Positions 1 to 13,330 of a stretch of DNA of 64,000 nt are shown here, piece by piece. The first letter of the stretch is position 1. Every line of letters starts with the position of its first letter. Under the pieces are notes generated by a model, which was not told the DNA's origin, ran no database searches, and worked only from the letters and a program-made list of their open reading frames with translations. The position numbers and the translations under genes are program-made. This DNA comes from the human T2T-CHM13v2.0 reference genome, Homo sapiens, in the NCBI RefSeq assembly GCF_009914755.1, contig NC_060925.1; one strand, 5' to 3'.

Positions 1-1253
1 GCCGATTTAATCCTCCTCTTTCAAGTCTGGACACCTGCATTCCTCAACTATCCTAGCTCCAGGGGAGGACTAACAGGGAGGGAATTTGTTTTTTTAGGTA
101 TTGAAAGAAAATCACATCAAATAATAAATTACTCTCTATATCTCTTTTAAAACTGTCTCGTGTGTCTTTAAAATGTCATGGGAGAAATAAAAAGGTACAC
201 TGAGAGAGTATGCTCAATGAAATATTTAAACCATAAAGGCAGCAAGGCCGGTGATTAAGGAGATTAAATAGATCTGGATGATGGATACAAATCAGAAGCA
301 TGTTGTCAAAGATTAGTAGATATTAAAGCTCTTTATTGTCCTTCCAACAGAAAAAAAAAAAGCAGTAATACGGTTTTTTTGATGTCAGTCTGAGCCATCA
401 AGCCATTATGTAATTTTTATCTTTTCTTACTCCTTTTGCCATGAGGCAAGACAATTTATTTCCCCTGTAGTAAATAAATTTCCTCTGCCTCAAACATGCT
501 CTGAATGTAATCCTGGGCTAGCCACCCACCTCTTAGGATTCACTTTCCTCATTTGCTAAAGGAGGGAATTGGTTCTCATAGTTCTGACATTCTGTGTTTC
601 TCTGAAAGATGTTTAGAGAGTTCTAGGATGTGAGTTATCATATATCATCTACACTAAGACACATTTAATTATAAGATAAGCCATTATTTTATGTACTACT
701 AACAAAAAAAAGATCCTGCCAACTAAACTATGACAGAATACCCTAACTATAGCCCTGTGACCTCAGGATTAATCACACCAGCCTCTCATGCTTTGAAATA
801 AAGGACAATTCCTGCCACCCTCCATTGCATTGCTTGGTTGATTTTAGACAGTTCATTTGTATGTATCTCACTAATAAAACAACACAATTTTGCTTGTAGG
901 TATCTTTCTTTCTCAGGTCCCATAAAACTCTTGATTCTTGTTCTTTTCAGAATAATATATGGAACTGCAATCATTTCTCTGATGATGAATATTTGCTTCA
1001 CTAGTATCAAATTCATGCCCCACTATGTTCATGCCTTCTACAAATACGGGAATCATAGTGTAATTTTTTAAAAATTTAAACAACAAGTAAGCTCAACATG
1101 TTATTACCAATAGTGTCCTTAACTGAATGGAAGTCGTGACAACATGAACAGCTATGACTAATTTTGAACCTGGGCAGACCAGGACAACTACATCATGGCT
1201 ACAGTCTAACTGACATCCCTACTGACTTCAGAGATGTCAAAAAACAACCAGGA

Positions 1254-1463
1254 ACCTGGGCAACATTGTGAAACCCCATCTCCACAAAAAACACAAAAAC
1301 TGGCCATGCATGGTGGCATGCACCTGTAATCCCAGCTACTCAGGAGGCTGAGGTGGGAGGATTGCTTGAGCCCAGGAGGTCAAGGCTGCAGTGAGCTGAG
1401 ATTGTGCTACTGCACTCCACCCTGGGCAACAGAGTGAGACCACATCTCAACAACAACAAAAAA
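1254..1463 (+). mobile_element. 5'-truncated Alu (AluJ-like)
   Basis: End of left arm, A-rich linker and right arm (GGTGGGAGGATTGCTTGAGCCCAGGAGGTCAAGGCTGCAGTGAGC), with CAA/A tail. Confidence 0.9.
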
Positions 1464-1649
1464 GTGGAGGATGGTGGCAAGGAGAAAAATATGTGGTTTA
1501 GAACTGATGAACTGAGATGTCTTCTTCACCTCCAGTGAGAGAGGAGTGGCATATAGCAAGCGTTCCCTAAATATTTGCAGGTTGTTGAAGGACTGAATGA
1601 AAGTATAGATGAAAGGATGAATGAAAAAACAAACAAGTAGCTAATTGGG

Positions 1650-3765
1650 AATGTTGAGAAGGCACTTTACTGCCTTCTTTGAGATTGCTTCTTATGGCAA
1701 ACTGCACTGCAGTCTTGAATCACCACGGCTGGCTAAAATCATGGCGACCCAACCTTCACCTAAGACTCTGGAATCTGATTCACATTCACCTCCCAGCCTC
1801 TGCTGACCTCTCATGCCTCTATCAGACTGCGAAACTGAATGCTAAGGTCCACGTAGAGGACTCAATGTAACACAAGAGCTTACATTTCCTTGACTCCTCA
1901 ACACCAGTGGCCTTGCCTTCTTATCCTCCCCTGCAGCTGCTCCCAGCCCTACTCCTCCTTGTCCTTGTTTTTCCACCATTCTATGACATCCCATCCCTGC
2001 ATATCGACTTCCTGCCTTCTGCATCCAGGTGGCTACAAGCAATTATATAGATTCATTTGCTCCAACTTTAGGTGACCCTCAAGCTGCTGCTAACCTGTTC
2101 CTTCTGTCATTCTTCTCAACAGCTCTCTCACGCATTCTCTTTTTTTCCTTAAACCCTCAACACCTTCATCACCTGCAACTTCAGTAAATCATCTTTCTAC
2201 TTTATGAGAAAATTAAAGCTATCAGGTCGGAACTCCCTGAGCTCCATCAACAACACCTAAAAACTCTCAGTCTAATTCTATCCCTTCTTTCTCTCCTCTC
2301 AGGACATTTTCTCTAGTTCAAAACTAATCCCTCCATCTGACCTCTGCCTACGCCTCAGGAAACTGTTACTCTATTCGTTATCCTCTCTATCTCCTTTACT
2401 CCAAGCTTCCCCTCTACTTGATCTTTCCTGGCAAAATATAAATATTATCATCTCTAATCTAAAAACAACTTCCACTCGCCCACTCTTCTCTTCTAGCTCT
2501 TAGTCATTTCTCTCTTTTTCAAAGCCAAGTTTTTTAAGTCTACCTATTATTGTTGCCTCCACTTTCACCTCCCATTCACTTACAAATCTAGTGCAATCTG
2601 GCAAACATGTTCACCATGCCAACAAAATTGTTCCCTAAAGTCACTAATTACCTGCACAGGGCTATCCTTACCTCACTTGACCTCTCTACAGTATTTAATG
2701 CTGTGAAATATTCCCTCCTCAACATCTGTTCCTTTTGGTTATTGTGATACTGTTCTCTCTTCCTTTTTCATGTCCTTCTCTGTTTTATTCTTTGGTCAGA
2801 CAGAAAAAAAGTTTTTGCTTTCCCCAGTCTACTTATGAGTTCTCTTTGGTGGTCACAAATACACTATTTCAGCTTCTGCATATGACCCACAGCCTCAAAT
2901 CTCTACGCCCAACTGAAACTTCTCTCTGCGTTGATGATAACAGGTCTCAAACTCATCATCTTCCCCCATAAGCCTGCTTCTCTTCCTGCCTCAGGTGTCA
3001 AGCCATGCACACAGGTGTCAAGCTGGAAATGTGTCCCTTCCTTTAGATGTGCCCCTCCTCACCCACACATCTGATTGGTTACTTAGGCTTTTAGAGCCTG
3101 TAAGCCACCCTCTCTGTAATCCACTTCTACTGTTTCTACTTTAGCTGAGGCCTTTGCCATTTGTCATGTGGATCATCATAGTGGGCTGCTGGGTGTTTCT
3201 TCTCTAATCTATCTGCCACACTGCTGCCACATACCACATTACTACCAGAATAATCTTTCTAAGATGCAAATCAATCAGATCATGTTTTTTCCCTGTTTAA
3301 AAATACTTCGATTGTTCTTCCGGTAGCTTTCAGGATGGAATTAAAACATGGAACACACAAGATCCCCCATGATACGCCCCTGCCCACATCTTTAGCCTCT
3401 TATTCCACCAGGTACCTCTAATGGCTTCCTGTTTTCTGATCACACTTGACTGTATACACATGATGTTTCATGCCCCTGAGACTCCTCTGGGGATACTCTC
3501 TACCTTCTTATCTCTGGCCCAGCTTACTAACTGCTGAACATCCCTCTCAAGCATCTTTTCCCTAGGAAGCTTTAACTACTTCAATTGGGAGCCTCTCTTC
3601 CATTCTAGAAGAGCAACTGGTGCATACCCCTATCACCTCTATTATCATTAATGATTTGTTTATACGTCTGCACTAGAATATACCCTCCATGAAAGCAAAG
3701 ACTGTATGTTTTTGGCTGAAGGTGTTAAAAATATTAGCATTAAATGAATGACTAAATGAATAAAC
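1650..3765 (+). mobile_element. Degraded LINE-2 (L2)
   Basis: C/T-rich L2-like body and L2-type 3' end (..TAAATGAATGACTAAATGAATAAA); boundaries approximate. Confidence 0.6.
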
Positions 3766-4164
3766 CACTGAGCTTTTGGGTCTAAAAACAAGGTCAAGTG
3801 AATAAGGCATTTTTTATAATCAAGACAGAGTAAAACTTTTAGAAAAATTAAGTAGTGATAACAGTGAAAGAACTGTAAAAGAAGTGCTTTATTATAATTA
3901 GATATCTATATTTATATATTTCTCTAAATTGTATCATCCCCTTAAATGTGTTAACACAGCTATTATTGTTTTGGTGTCTTGATGATATTTTAATTTTAAG
4001 TGAAGAAACTAATTTATTAGTTTTAGCATCTGGATCCAAACTCCTAATAAAATAATTCAAGTGGAGCCAATGTACCTGAAACACAATCTGGACACCATAG
4101 TATACCTTAGGCAATTCAGGTTTTCTTACCAAATACCTTAACTGGGTATTTCAATTTATCCAAA

Positions 4165-4299
4165 GCCAGGCATAGTGGCACATGCTTGTAGTCCCAGCTA
4201 CTCAGGAGGCTGAGGCAGGAGGATTATTTGAGCCCAGGAATTCAAGTCAAGCCTAGGCAACATAGCAAGATTCTGACTCTATAAGATAATAAAATAAAA
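4165..4299 (+). mobile_element. Alu monomer (FLAM-like)
   Basis: GCCAGGCATAGTGGCACATGCTTGTAGTCCCAGCTAC...CCTAGGCAACATAGCAAGA, then A-rich tail; single arm. Confidence 0.85.
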
Positions 4300-4559
4300 T
4301 GTTTCCAAGATTTTATCCCAACATACCTTTCACCATTATTCAGCACTAAATCTACATTCAAGTTAAATTAAACTCCTAAACACTCCCTGAAAATGCTCCA
4401 CATTTTCCCAATGTGTTATTTCCTCTATATGGGCCTTAACTCCTTACACTGAGAATCTCTTTGCTCCATTTCTACCTGTTTAAATACTAAGTCCAACTCC
4501 ATGCACATACAGTTTTCTGATTCCTTTCAGAGAGATTTTGTGCCTTTTATCACATCCAG

Positions 4560-4935
4560 TTTTATGTATTTATTTATTTTTATTAATTTATTTTTGCAAC
4601 AGGGTCTCACTTTGTCACCCAGGCTGGAGTACAGTGGTGCTATCATGGCTCACTGCAGCCTTGAACTCCTAGTTCACTGAACTAGAAGTTCACTTGAACT
4701 AGATCACCTAGATCACTTGAACTCAAGTGATCCTTCCACCTCAGCCTCCTGAGTAGCTGGGACTACAGGCACACGTCACCATGCCCAGTTAATTTTTGCT
4801 TTTGTTTTTGTTTTTTGTAGAGATGAGGTTTTGCCATGTTGCGCAGGCTGGTCATGAACTCCTGGGCTCAAGGGATCCTTCTACCTCAGCCTCCCAAAGA
4901 TTTGGGATTACAGGCGTGAGCCACTGCACCCGGCC
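4560..4935 (-). mobile_element. AluJ-like element with ~50-bp internal palindromic insertion
   Basis: Reverse-complement Alu ending CCCGGCC; non-Alu mosaic at 4671-4722. Confidence 0.9.
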
Positions 4936-4939
4936 TACT

Positions 4940-6550
4940 ATACTTTCTAATTATTTGTTTTTTCTTACATTGGGACACAGCTGATTTTTGCATTTTAATC
5001 TTGTTTCTGTGGATTTTGCTGAACTCTCTTAATAGTTTGTAGATTGTCTTCAATTTTCTATGTAGATAATCACATTGATTGTGAATACTGTAGTTTGTTT
5101 CTTCCTTTCAAATCCTTAGGCATTTAATTTTTTTATCTTATTACTGCCTGCTAGGACCCCCAGTACTAAATTTAATAGAGGTAGTGATGGTGGACATTCT
5201 TGTCTTATTCTTGACTTAAAGAATGCTTCTAACAAATATTTAACCATTAAGCATGCATACTAAGCATATTATTTGCTGTAAATTTTGGATGAATATCCTT
5301 TATCAAGTTAGGGAATTTCCCTCTGTAATGATTAGCTAAGAATGTTTACTGTGAATTAAATTTTATAAAATGTTTTCTCTGCATCCATTAAAATAATTTG
5401 AATTTTTTCTCCTTTAATGTATAAATGTAGTAAATTATAATAATACATTTTCTAATGGTCTTTTTTTTTTTTAAGAGATGGGGTCTCATTTTGTTGCCCA
5501 GGTTGGTCTTGAACTCCTGAAAGTGATCCACCCGCCTCGGCCTCCCAAAGTGCTGGGATTACAGGTGTGAGCCACTGCGCCCGGCCTCTCCAATGTTCTA
5601 ATATTATATTCTGGGATAAGCCCAAAGGGATCACAAATATTAGCTTTAATGCATTGCTAGATTTAATTTTCTATTATTTTGTTTAGAATTTTTACTTCTG
5701 CATTTATGAGAGATTGGTCTATAATTCTCCTTGTCTGGTTTGGTATCAAAATTCTGCCAGCACTATAAAATAAGTTACAGTCAGTTCTTCCTTTTCTATT
5801 ATCTGGAATAGATCATATAAGTTTATGATTATCTTGTTCTTAGGTGTTTGGCAGAATTGCTTATAAATCCCTTTAGCCCTGGTATGTTTTGTTTTTGTAG
5901 GTAGATTTTAAACTACCAATTCAACGTTTTAAAAATAGCTATAGTTTTCTAATTAGATTTTCTGTTTCTTCTTGAGTCAGTTTTGTAAGTTTTCTTTTTC
6001 TAGGGAACTGGCCATTTCACATAAGTTTTCAAATTTAGTTGCATGAAGTTTATAATCATCTCCTATTGTTTAAAAAATGTTACCTATGTAGCGATTTTCT
6101 TTTTTTAATTCCTGTCAGTTTTATTAGTCTTTTCAAAGAACCAGCTTTTTGTTTTCCTGATCCTTTCTATCATAACTTTGTTTTAAATTTTATTAATTTC
6201 TGCTCTGTTAATACTTCCTTCCATTTACTTTCTTGTGTGTATGCTATTGTTCCATTATTCAATGTCTTGAGATGGACATGTGACTCATTAATTTCCAGTG
6301 TTTCTTCTTTACTAAATAAACATTTTAAAACTTTTGTAAATTTCTCTGCGTAAGTTTTGGAATATATTTCATTATTTAGCTCTCTATATTATCTAACTTT
6401 AGTTATAATTTGTTCTTTTATTTAGGACTTAATCACAATTGATTTATTCCTAAAGTTATTTAGAAGTGTTTTAAAATATCTGAGCGCATGATGTTATTAA
6501 AGCTTTTTTTAAAAACCGATCAGATAACATGATCTATATGATACTGACTT
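4940..6550 (-). mobile_element. Old L1 (L1M-type) ORF2 relic, interrupted by an Alu monomer
   Basis: T-rich antisense L1-like phrases (TTTAATAGAGGTAGTGATGGTGGACATTCTTGTCTTATTC; TTTATGAGAGATTGGTCTATAATTCTC). Confidence 0.7.
5461..5586 (-). mobile_element. Alu monomer (FLAM_C-like)
   Basis: Poly-T followed by left-arm reverse complement ending GCCCGGCC. Confidence 0.9.
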
Positions 6551-7779
6551 GTCTGGGCTGAGATGGTGTCATGATGTCACCAGAGACCTGGATCCTTCTA
6601 TCTTTCTGTTCTGTCATCCTAATTCATGGCTTCCATCACAGACCTTTTTTGTATTTCCCATTGTTTTCAGTAAAATGGTTTGCACATAGCAGCTATAGGG
6701 TACATCCTACATCATGCTACATAAGAAAGATTTAACAGCCCAAACAATAATCATGAGATTTATCATGAATCAGTCTCATCAGCTTTTCTCTTTCAGAATT
6801 CAGAATTCGAAGTTCAGAGCCCCATTTTGGATTTGCACATCAGAGGTCTGGACTCTATCCCACGCCCCAGCTCTGGACCTCGAGGGCTGGCTCCAACATT
6901 AGGCATTTGGGGGATATTTATTAGATTAAAGAATACATAATTAGAAAAGAATGAATACTCCCTGCATGCTAATCCTGCTAGCCCCAAACTAGAAACGGAT
7001 GGCAAATGTCACAAATAGTAATTCAATACTCTTTCTAAAGAGATTGGAACACAGTCTACAACAAGGCAGGCTTATAATGCGAGCAGAAGCATCACGTGCT
7101 GCACATTCTTGGGGAGAACAATTTAAGGAAAATTAATTTCTAAACAATAACATTCTGAAAGCCTCTCAAACATATATGTTCACCAATCTCCTGGCTGACC
7201 TGTCACAAAGGGTCACTGTTGTTCACAGCACAAGCAGTCTGTCTACTCAGGACAGCAGCCACTTAACCCCAGATATTGTCCACAGAGCAAATCTAGGTAT
7301 ATGAGCCAAAGGCACATGTATATTGGGGAGCAGGAAACCTGAAGTTTAGGGTAAATGATTTCTATCATGTTCTGTAGGCCACGCTTGACAGTCCTGTAAC
7401 TGCACCCTTCCACCTTGCTTTGGCCAAGTTAACACAGGTTGGGTGTGGTTGCTCATAAATATTCCCAAAGAGCAATGACGATTCTTTTGGATTCCTGAAC
7501 ACACCATCTCTGTTGTGGGAGAACTCTGGGGTATGTTTCCAGCTCTCTCAATGAAGTTTTAATCAAAGCACTGTTTCCTTCCCGTTGTTGCTTTTGGAAT
7601 GGCCTTGTTCTCTGAGTCCTAGCTTTGACAACAGCAACTGTGCTGAACTTTTCCACAGCAGCTTTTGGATTTCTGCCCCACCCCCTCCCATCTGCACGCC
7701 CCCATTTCCTCTCTTCTCTGTTTTGGCTCTGCGTGGCTCTTCTGAGTAAAGTGGCTGAAGAGTAATGAACCCAAAATAC

Positions 7780-8040
7780 CTAAGTAACAAATGAGTCACC
7801 ACACTTCCACAGAAGAGCTCTGAGGATCAGTGGGTGTGTTGGGGGGTAAATAGCAGAGGAGGTGGCTGCCCAGAGAGAGGGAGAGAGAGAAAAAATAGAA
7901 ACAAAACGAGCAAGTTGGCAGAGGTGGCTGAGAGCAGCTGAGTGGGTGGAGGGGGCGGGGAGCCGGGTTGTGTTGGCTTGCAAAGGTGAGATCAGTGCTG
8001 TGGCTTGTCACACCCTGGCTGACTCAAGCTAAGCCCAGGC
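7780..8040. promoter_or_regulatory. Candidate enhancer: AP-1 x2, GC box, E-box
   Basis: TGAGTCA 7792-7798, CAGCTG 7935-7940, GGGGGCGGGG 7951-7960, TGACTCA 8020-8026, in apparently non-repetitive sequence. Confidence 0.4.
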
Positions 8041-8515
8041 CCCTCGGGAACTGTTCACACTGGGCTGTCTAGTAAAAATCAGCTAGACAAGTCGCCTAAC
8101 TGCCGTTCTCTTGTGTTTACAAGTTCTGAGTTGTAGGGCTTGGAATTCTTTGCTCAAGTTGCTGCAAAGCTGCTAATTAGGAACCTGCAATGATATTGCT
8201 CTAGGGCCATTCCCTTTCTGGTTATATGGTATCTGGGTGATAAGAGTCAGGGCAGAATTTAAATTTCTTCTTTGTACTTTTTTGTTTGTTGGGAATGTTT
8301 AGAATGCATCCTTTTTTCAAAACCTTATCTTGAAGTGTAGTGGTGGAGCTGGATCGCCACCTCAAAGCTAAGGCTCCAGGCAGCATTGATCCTGACCATG
8401 CCCAGCACCCTAAGAGGATGAGGCTCTGCTGAGAGATCCTGGGATGCTGCCCCATAGGGCCAGCTTTGCTTAGAAGCCACTGGGAATTTGTCCTGGCAGC
8501 TTAAGTTATGACTCC

Positions 8516-8518
<3 letters not shown>

Positions 8519-8552
<34 letters not shown>
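8519..8552. repeat. Poly(T)34 mononucleotide tract
   Basis: 34 consecutive T. Confidence 0.95.
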
Positions 8553-8555
<3 letters not shown>

Positions 8556-9151
8556 TTTCTAAGTAAAAAAGGAGTGGAATAGGCAGAGCCCTTGGAACAA
8601 GACAAATGGTCTGATTTCATGAGGTTCTGCCTGGCCAGCCCACAGTGGACTTTTAATCTGTCACAAAAAAAACCAGAAAGAAAATCCATGTGTGCAAAGA
8701 ACAAGGCCTAAGATTCATTCAGGACTGTTAATGTGAAATGACCTCCGGGAGAATCTTTTGAAAAAAGAATTATAAAATGTCCTCTGAGACAGGTGGTCTC
8801 AGATCACAAGGATAACAGGATTTGATCACAAGCTGTCTGGTTTTCTCTTAGGTCAAAACCAGGAAGTTCAGGGACTAGCTTACAAACAGAGGAAAACAAA
8901 ATAAGTTGATTTGGATTTTTAAGCCTCCAGCAACGTTTCACTTCACTTGACCCTGCAGTGGGGGCTGGTGTCAGCCTTTGATTTTATCTTCTGCAGTTCT
9001 CCCACCCCTATCCCGCATAAGTATAAAACCAGATGCCACGACTTGGAAAGAGCAAAATTTGATCTTGAGAGGAAGTGGGAAAATGTAAAACTAACACAGC
9101 TTTGGCAGCTAGAAAGAAACAACTATAGCCCCTGCAAAGAAAGATTCACAC

Positions 9152-9589
<438 letters not shown>

Positions 9590-11442
9590 TCATTTAGTCT
9601 TCTGCTCACCTGAGCCCACTGATGAATAAATGAAAATCTTTGGAAATGATTCATGAAAATCATCACAAGGAAGCATATTCTTGGCCTCTGAAGTCTTCAT
9701 TTCAAAATGAAGTTTATAGTTTAAGACTATAAACAATACACGATTCTTATAAAAATAAAAGTAGAAACAAAAAATATTAGCCATAGTTCCAACCCTCAAA
9801 TGTTAACACTTCAGTGTGTTTCCTTCCAGTTCTCTTATAGGCATATAGACTTATTCTTGTAACACAGTTGCACTCATTCTGTATATATGGAATTGTGTAT
9901 GCTGCTTTTTGCTAAATATATATTACTGTTATCATATAGAAAATTATGCAACCATCATTATTAATAGTTGCCTAATAACCAATACAGTTAATCAGCCCAT
10001 CTTCCCCCACTATGTTTTGGACATTAAATTTGTATTCAGCTTTTTAAACTGTAAGTCTTGATTTAATTAATGTACGAAATTTAGAGCTTTTTGAATCAGC
10101 CCCACTACTTAGCCATGTAGCAAATCTTACCAATATCTGGACCAGCAACCTGAAGGCTGCAGGAGGAACCTATAGGACAATCAGAGGGAGGTACTAGTAC
10201 AGATTCCTCGGGCTGTAGGAGTTTCTGGTACAGGGGTCTTGAAGGACAAAGAAATTGCCTGACGTAAGGTCACCAGCCCTCTAGCTGTGTATTCCCTGTC
10301 CAATGTCACCCACAAGCCTCATTTCCAGCTCAACATCTTCAAGCATCCTAGAGAATAGAGATGACATTTTCAATGAGTGAAAAAAAACAGTAAAACAAAG
10401 GACAGGGATAACACATGGCAAAGCTGAGGATCTTTTTTGTTTTAACATAAAGGGTCATATTGTCTCTTATTCTCATTTCTTATTGGAGCATTCTGACATC
10501 TTTATTTTGGGCTTCCCTGGTTAGGTTACCTGCTGGAGAGGTGTGTTTAGAGCTGCAGTTAGGGCAGCAAAAGCAGAGAGAGTTGGCACCAGTGAGGATG
10601 GGCAGAGTTGGCTATGGATATAATCCATCATTTGCCAAATAGCTCAAAGTTGTATGAATATCATTAAATATTTCATGTAAATGCTGTTTTTTTTCAAGGG
10701 CAAGTCCTGTTTCATAGAAAATATAGTTCCCGAGCATAGTAAAGGAGCATGTGCTCCATACTAAGCACTTCTAAATGATTATTTCATTTAAGAATCTCAA
10801 CAATTCAGAGTTAAGTGCTCTCTTCTCCAGTTTGCACATAGGACAATTAAACAGCAGAAAAGTAAAATAAGTTGCCAAGAGGACTTGCTAATAAATGTTT
10901 GAGCCAACATTAGAACATAGAGCTGACTTCAAAGTTTGTGATCTTTGCTCTACATTATGCTGCCTCCCTTGTTAAACCTAACAGATAAACATAAGTGCAA
11001 TTTTAAAAAAGAGTTAATGCTTATTGATTAAAGGCAGGGCTTTCTCTGGGATCCAGGAGTCACCATTATGGGTAGGCAGGATCATTTACAACATTCTTTT
11101 GAGGATCCCTTTAAAAAAAAAATGACCACTGGGTCCAGCCAGGTCAACAATGGATGAGGAACTCTTCCATGGAGTTCTGAAAGGCCCTACAGAGGCTCTG
11201 ACAACAAGGAGGCCACAGGACAGCTTCCACCTCCCAGTTTTTCCTAGGCCAATCCTTGGGACATAGTATGGTTGATGGAAATGGAAACTATTGCTTCTTG
11301 GTGCATTTTTTAAAGGAATGGTTAAATTATAACGTAAGAGTCTGTTTTCCCACTAGACTTGAGTTTTATAATATCAGGGACCATGTCTGTCTTCTTCATT
11401 GCCATAGTCCCATTCCTTGTACAGTGCTTGGTCCATAGCAGA

Positions 11443-11820
11443 TGATCTTAGTCCATTTGAGCTGCTATAACAGAATGCCATAGAGTGGGTAGCTTATGAA
11501 CATCAGAAATTTATTTCTCATAGTTCTGCAGGCTGGGAAGTCCCAAATCTGCAGTGCTGAGAGATGTGGTGGCTGGCGAGGGCCCACTTCCTGGTTCATA
11601 GATGGCAGTCTTCTCACTGTGTCCTCACATGGTAGAAGGGGTGAGGAAACTCACCAGAGTCCTTTTTATAACAGCATAGCACTAATTCTCCTCTTAAGGG
11701 CTCTACCCTTATAACCTAATCACCTTCCAAAGGCCTCACCTCTAAATATCATCACATTCAGGATTAGCTTTCAATGTATTGATTTGGGGTTAGGGGGTCA
11801 TAAACATTCATTCTATAGCA
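11443..11820 (-). mobile_element. MaLR solo LTR (MLT1A/MST-like) inserted in an L2 3' end
   Basis: TCTTAGTCCATTTGAGCTGCTATAACAGAA...CATTCATTCTATAGCA; near-TSD CAGAT/TAGAT; flanks rejoin to the L2 tail ACAGTGCTTGG..ATGCTTAATAAAGTTTGTTGAATGAAT. Confidence 0.8.
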
Positions 11821-12849
11821 TAGATGCTTAATAAAGTTTGTTGAATGAATAAATAAATGAAAATATTATCCGGGCGAAAGGTGTGGGCTGGAGTTAAGGA
11901 TGGCTCATGGTCAATGCCTGCATATAAATGTATTCCTCAAGATGTGTGGTCTGAATTGAGGTGGCCTAAGTCAAGATATGTCAGGAGTATATGTAGTCAG
12001 TTTCCACTTTTTAATATCCATGATAAGCCCTTGGTCACAAGCATGAAGCCATCTGAAATGAGGAGTGAAGAGTTTCCTTTTTTCCCCTGTCATTGCAGCA
12101 CGGAGTGAAGAAAAACTTTATTTTTCTTACTTCTCCTTGATTCCTCAATCAAACTGGATTTATGTTAGGCTTAGGAAGACAATCCCTACTACACAGAGTG
12201 TTTATAGGATCCTGCTTGTTTCCCAAAGGGAGAATTGGGGCTGAAAGTGTGCATTAAGCCCAGTCTTTAAGCAATTAATATTGTGCCCAAGAAATAAAAA
12301 GCATGAACATTACAAGTGGATTTTGTCGTAATCCTACATATCCCAAATGTGTATACTCCAGGAAAGTCCAGATCCCCAACAGAAGCCCATCTGCTATATT
12401 TCTAGTGTGACACTCCTCTGTTTATATTTGCTCATTTCTCTTACAGAGTGCCAGGAAAGAAAAAGCGATATTTAAAAAATTCATCTGCTAGTATTTATGC
12501 AAACACATTTCTCTCCAAGTGTGGGTTGAGCAATGTGAGTAAAGCAGACATAAATGCCTCCGACAGACCACAGAGCAATTTTCATAAAGAAAGGGGAGAA
12601 ATATACACCTAGAACAATTGAAGTTGGCGGTGGAGGGGTGGGAACTTTCCTCTGACCAGCAACACTCAACAGGGGAGACATTCTAGGTCTCATGCCGCAG
12701 ACTTGGAGGCTCATTTGAACCATTAATGACTCTATTGAGTTTCTACTATGTGCTAGCCAGTTTGGAGATTATAAAAGCTTAAGACTCCTCGTTGAGAACA
12801 TAATAGTAAATAATTATAAGACAGCATACTACTGACATAGGAAAAAGGG

Positions 12850-13330
12850 GAAGAAACACTGTGAGCCTCAGTTAGGTGCCACTCTTTGCTAAGTGTTTCA
12901 CATATATTATTTCATTTAATCCTCACAACTATCCTATGATGTAATCATCCTCCTTTTTCAGACAAGGCTCACAGTGGCCATACAACTTGCTCAAGATTAT
13001 ATAACTTAGGCTATTTTGAAAATCCCTGTTCTTTCTGCTATACCATACATAAGATGTTTCCATGGTTTATAATCAAATGTTATATATGTTTGGAATCTAA
13101 ATAGCTAACATTTGTTGAGTGCTTACTATGAGACAGGCAAAAGTCTTTTTTATATACGTTAACAGATTTAAACTTTGTAACAACCCTAGGAGGTAGATAC
13201 TGTTATTATGCCATTTTAGGATGAAGAAACTGAGTTTACATATAAGTAAAGTTGTCCACATCACAAGGAAATACCAGAGCCCAGTTTGGATCCAGATTCC
13301 ATATATTTAAGCATTACACTATCCTGCCTA
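12850..13330 (-). mobile_element. MIR fragments
   Basis: MIR-core motifs (TCATTTAATCCTCACAAC; CCATTTTAGGATGAAGAAACTGAG). Confidence 0.65.

Noticed and set aside
7453-8011. Minus-strand ORF cluster as a coding exon
   Set aside because: Short ORFs with mostly non-ATG starts, no recognisable homology and no convincing splice-site pair
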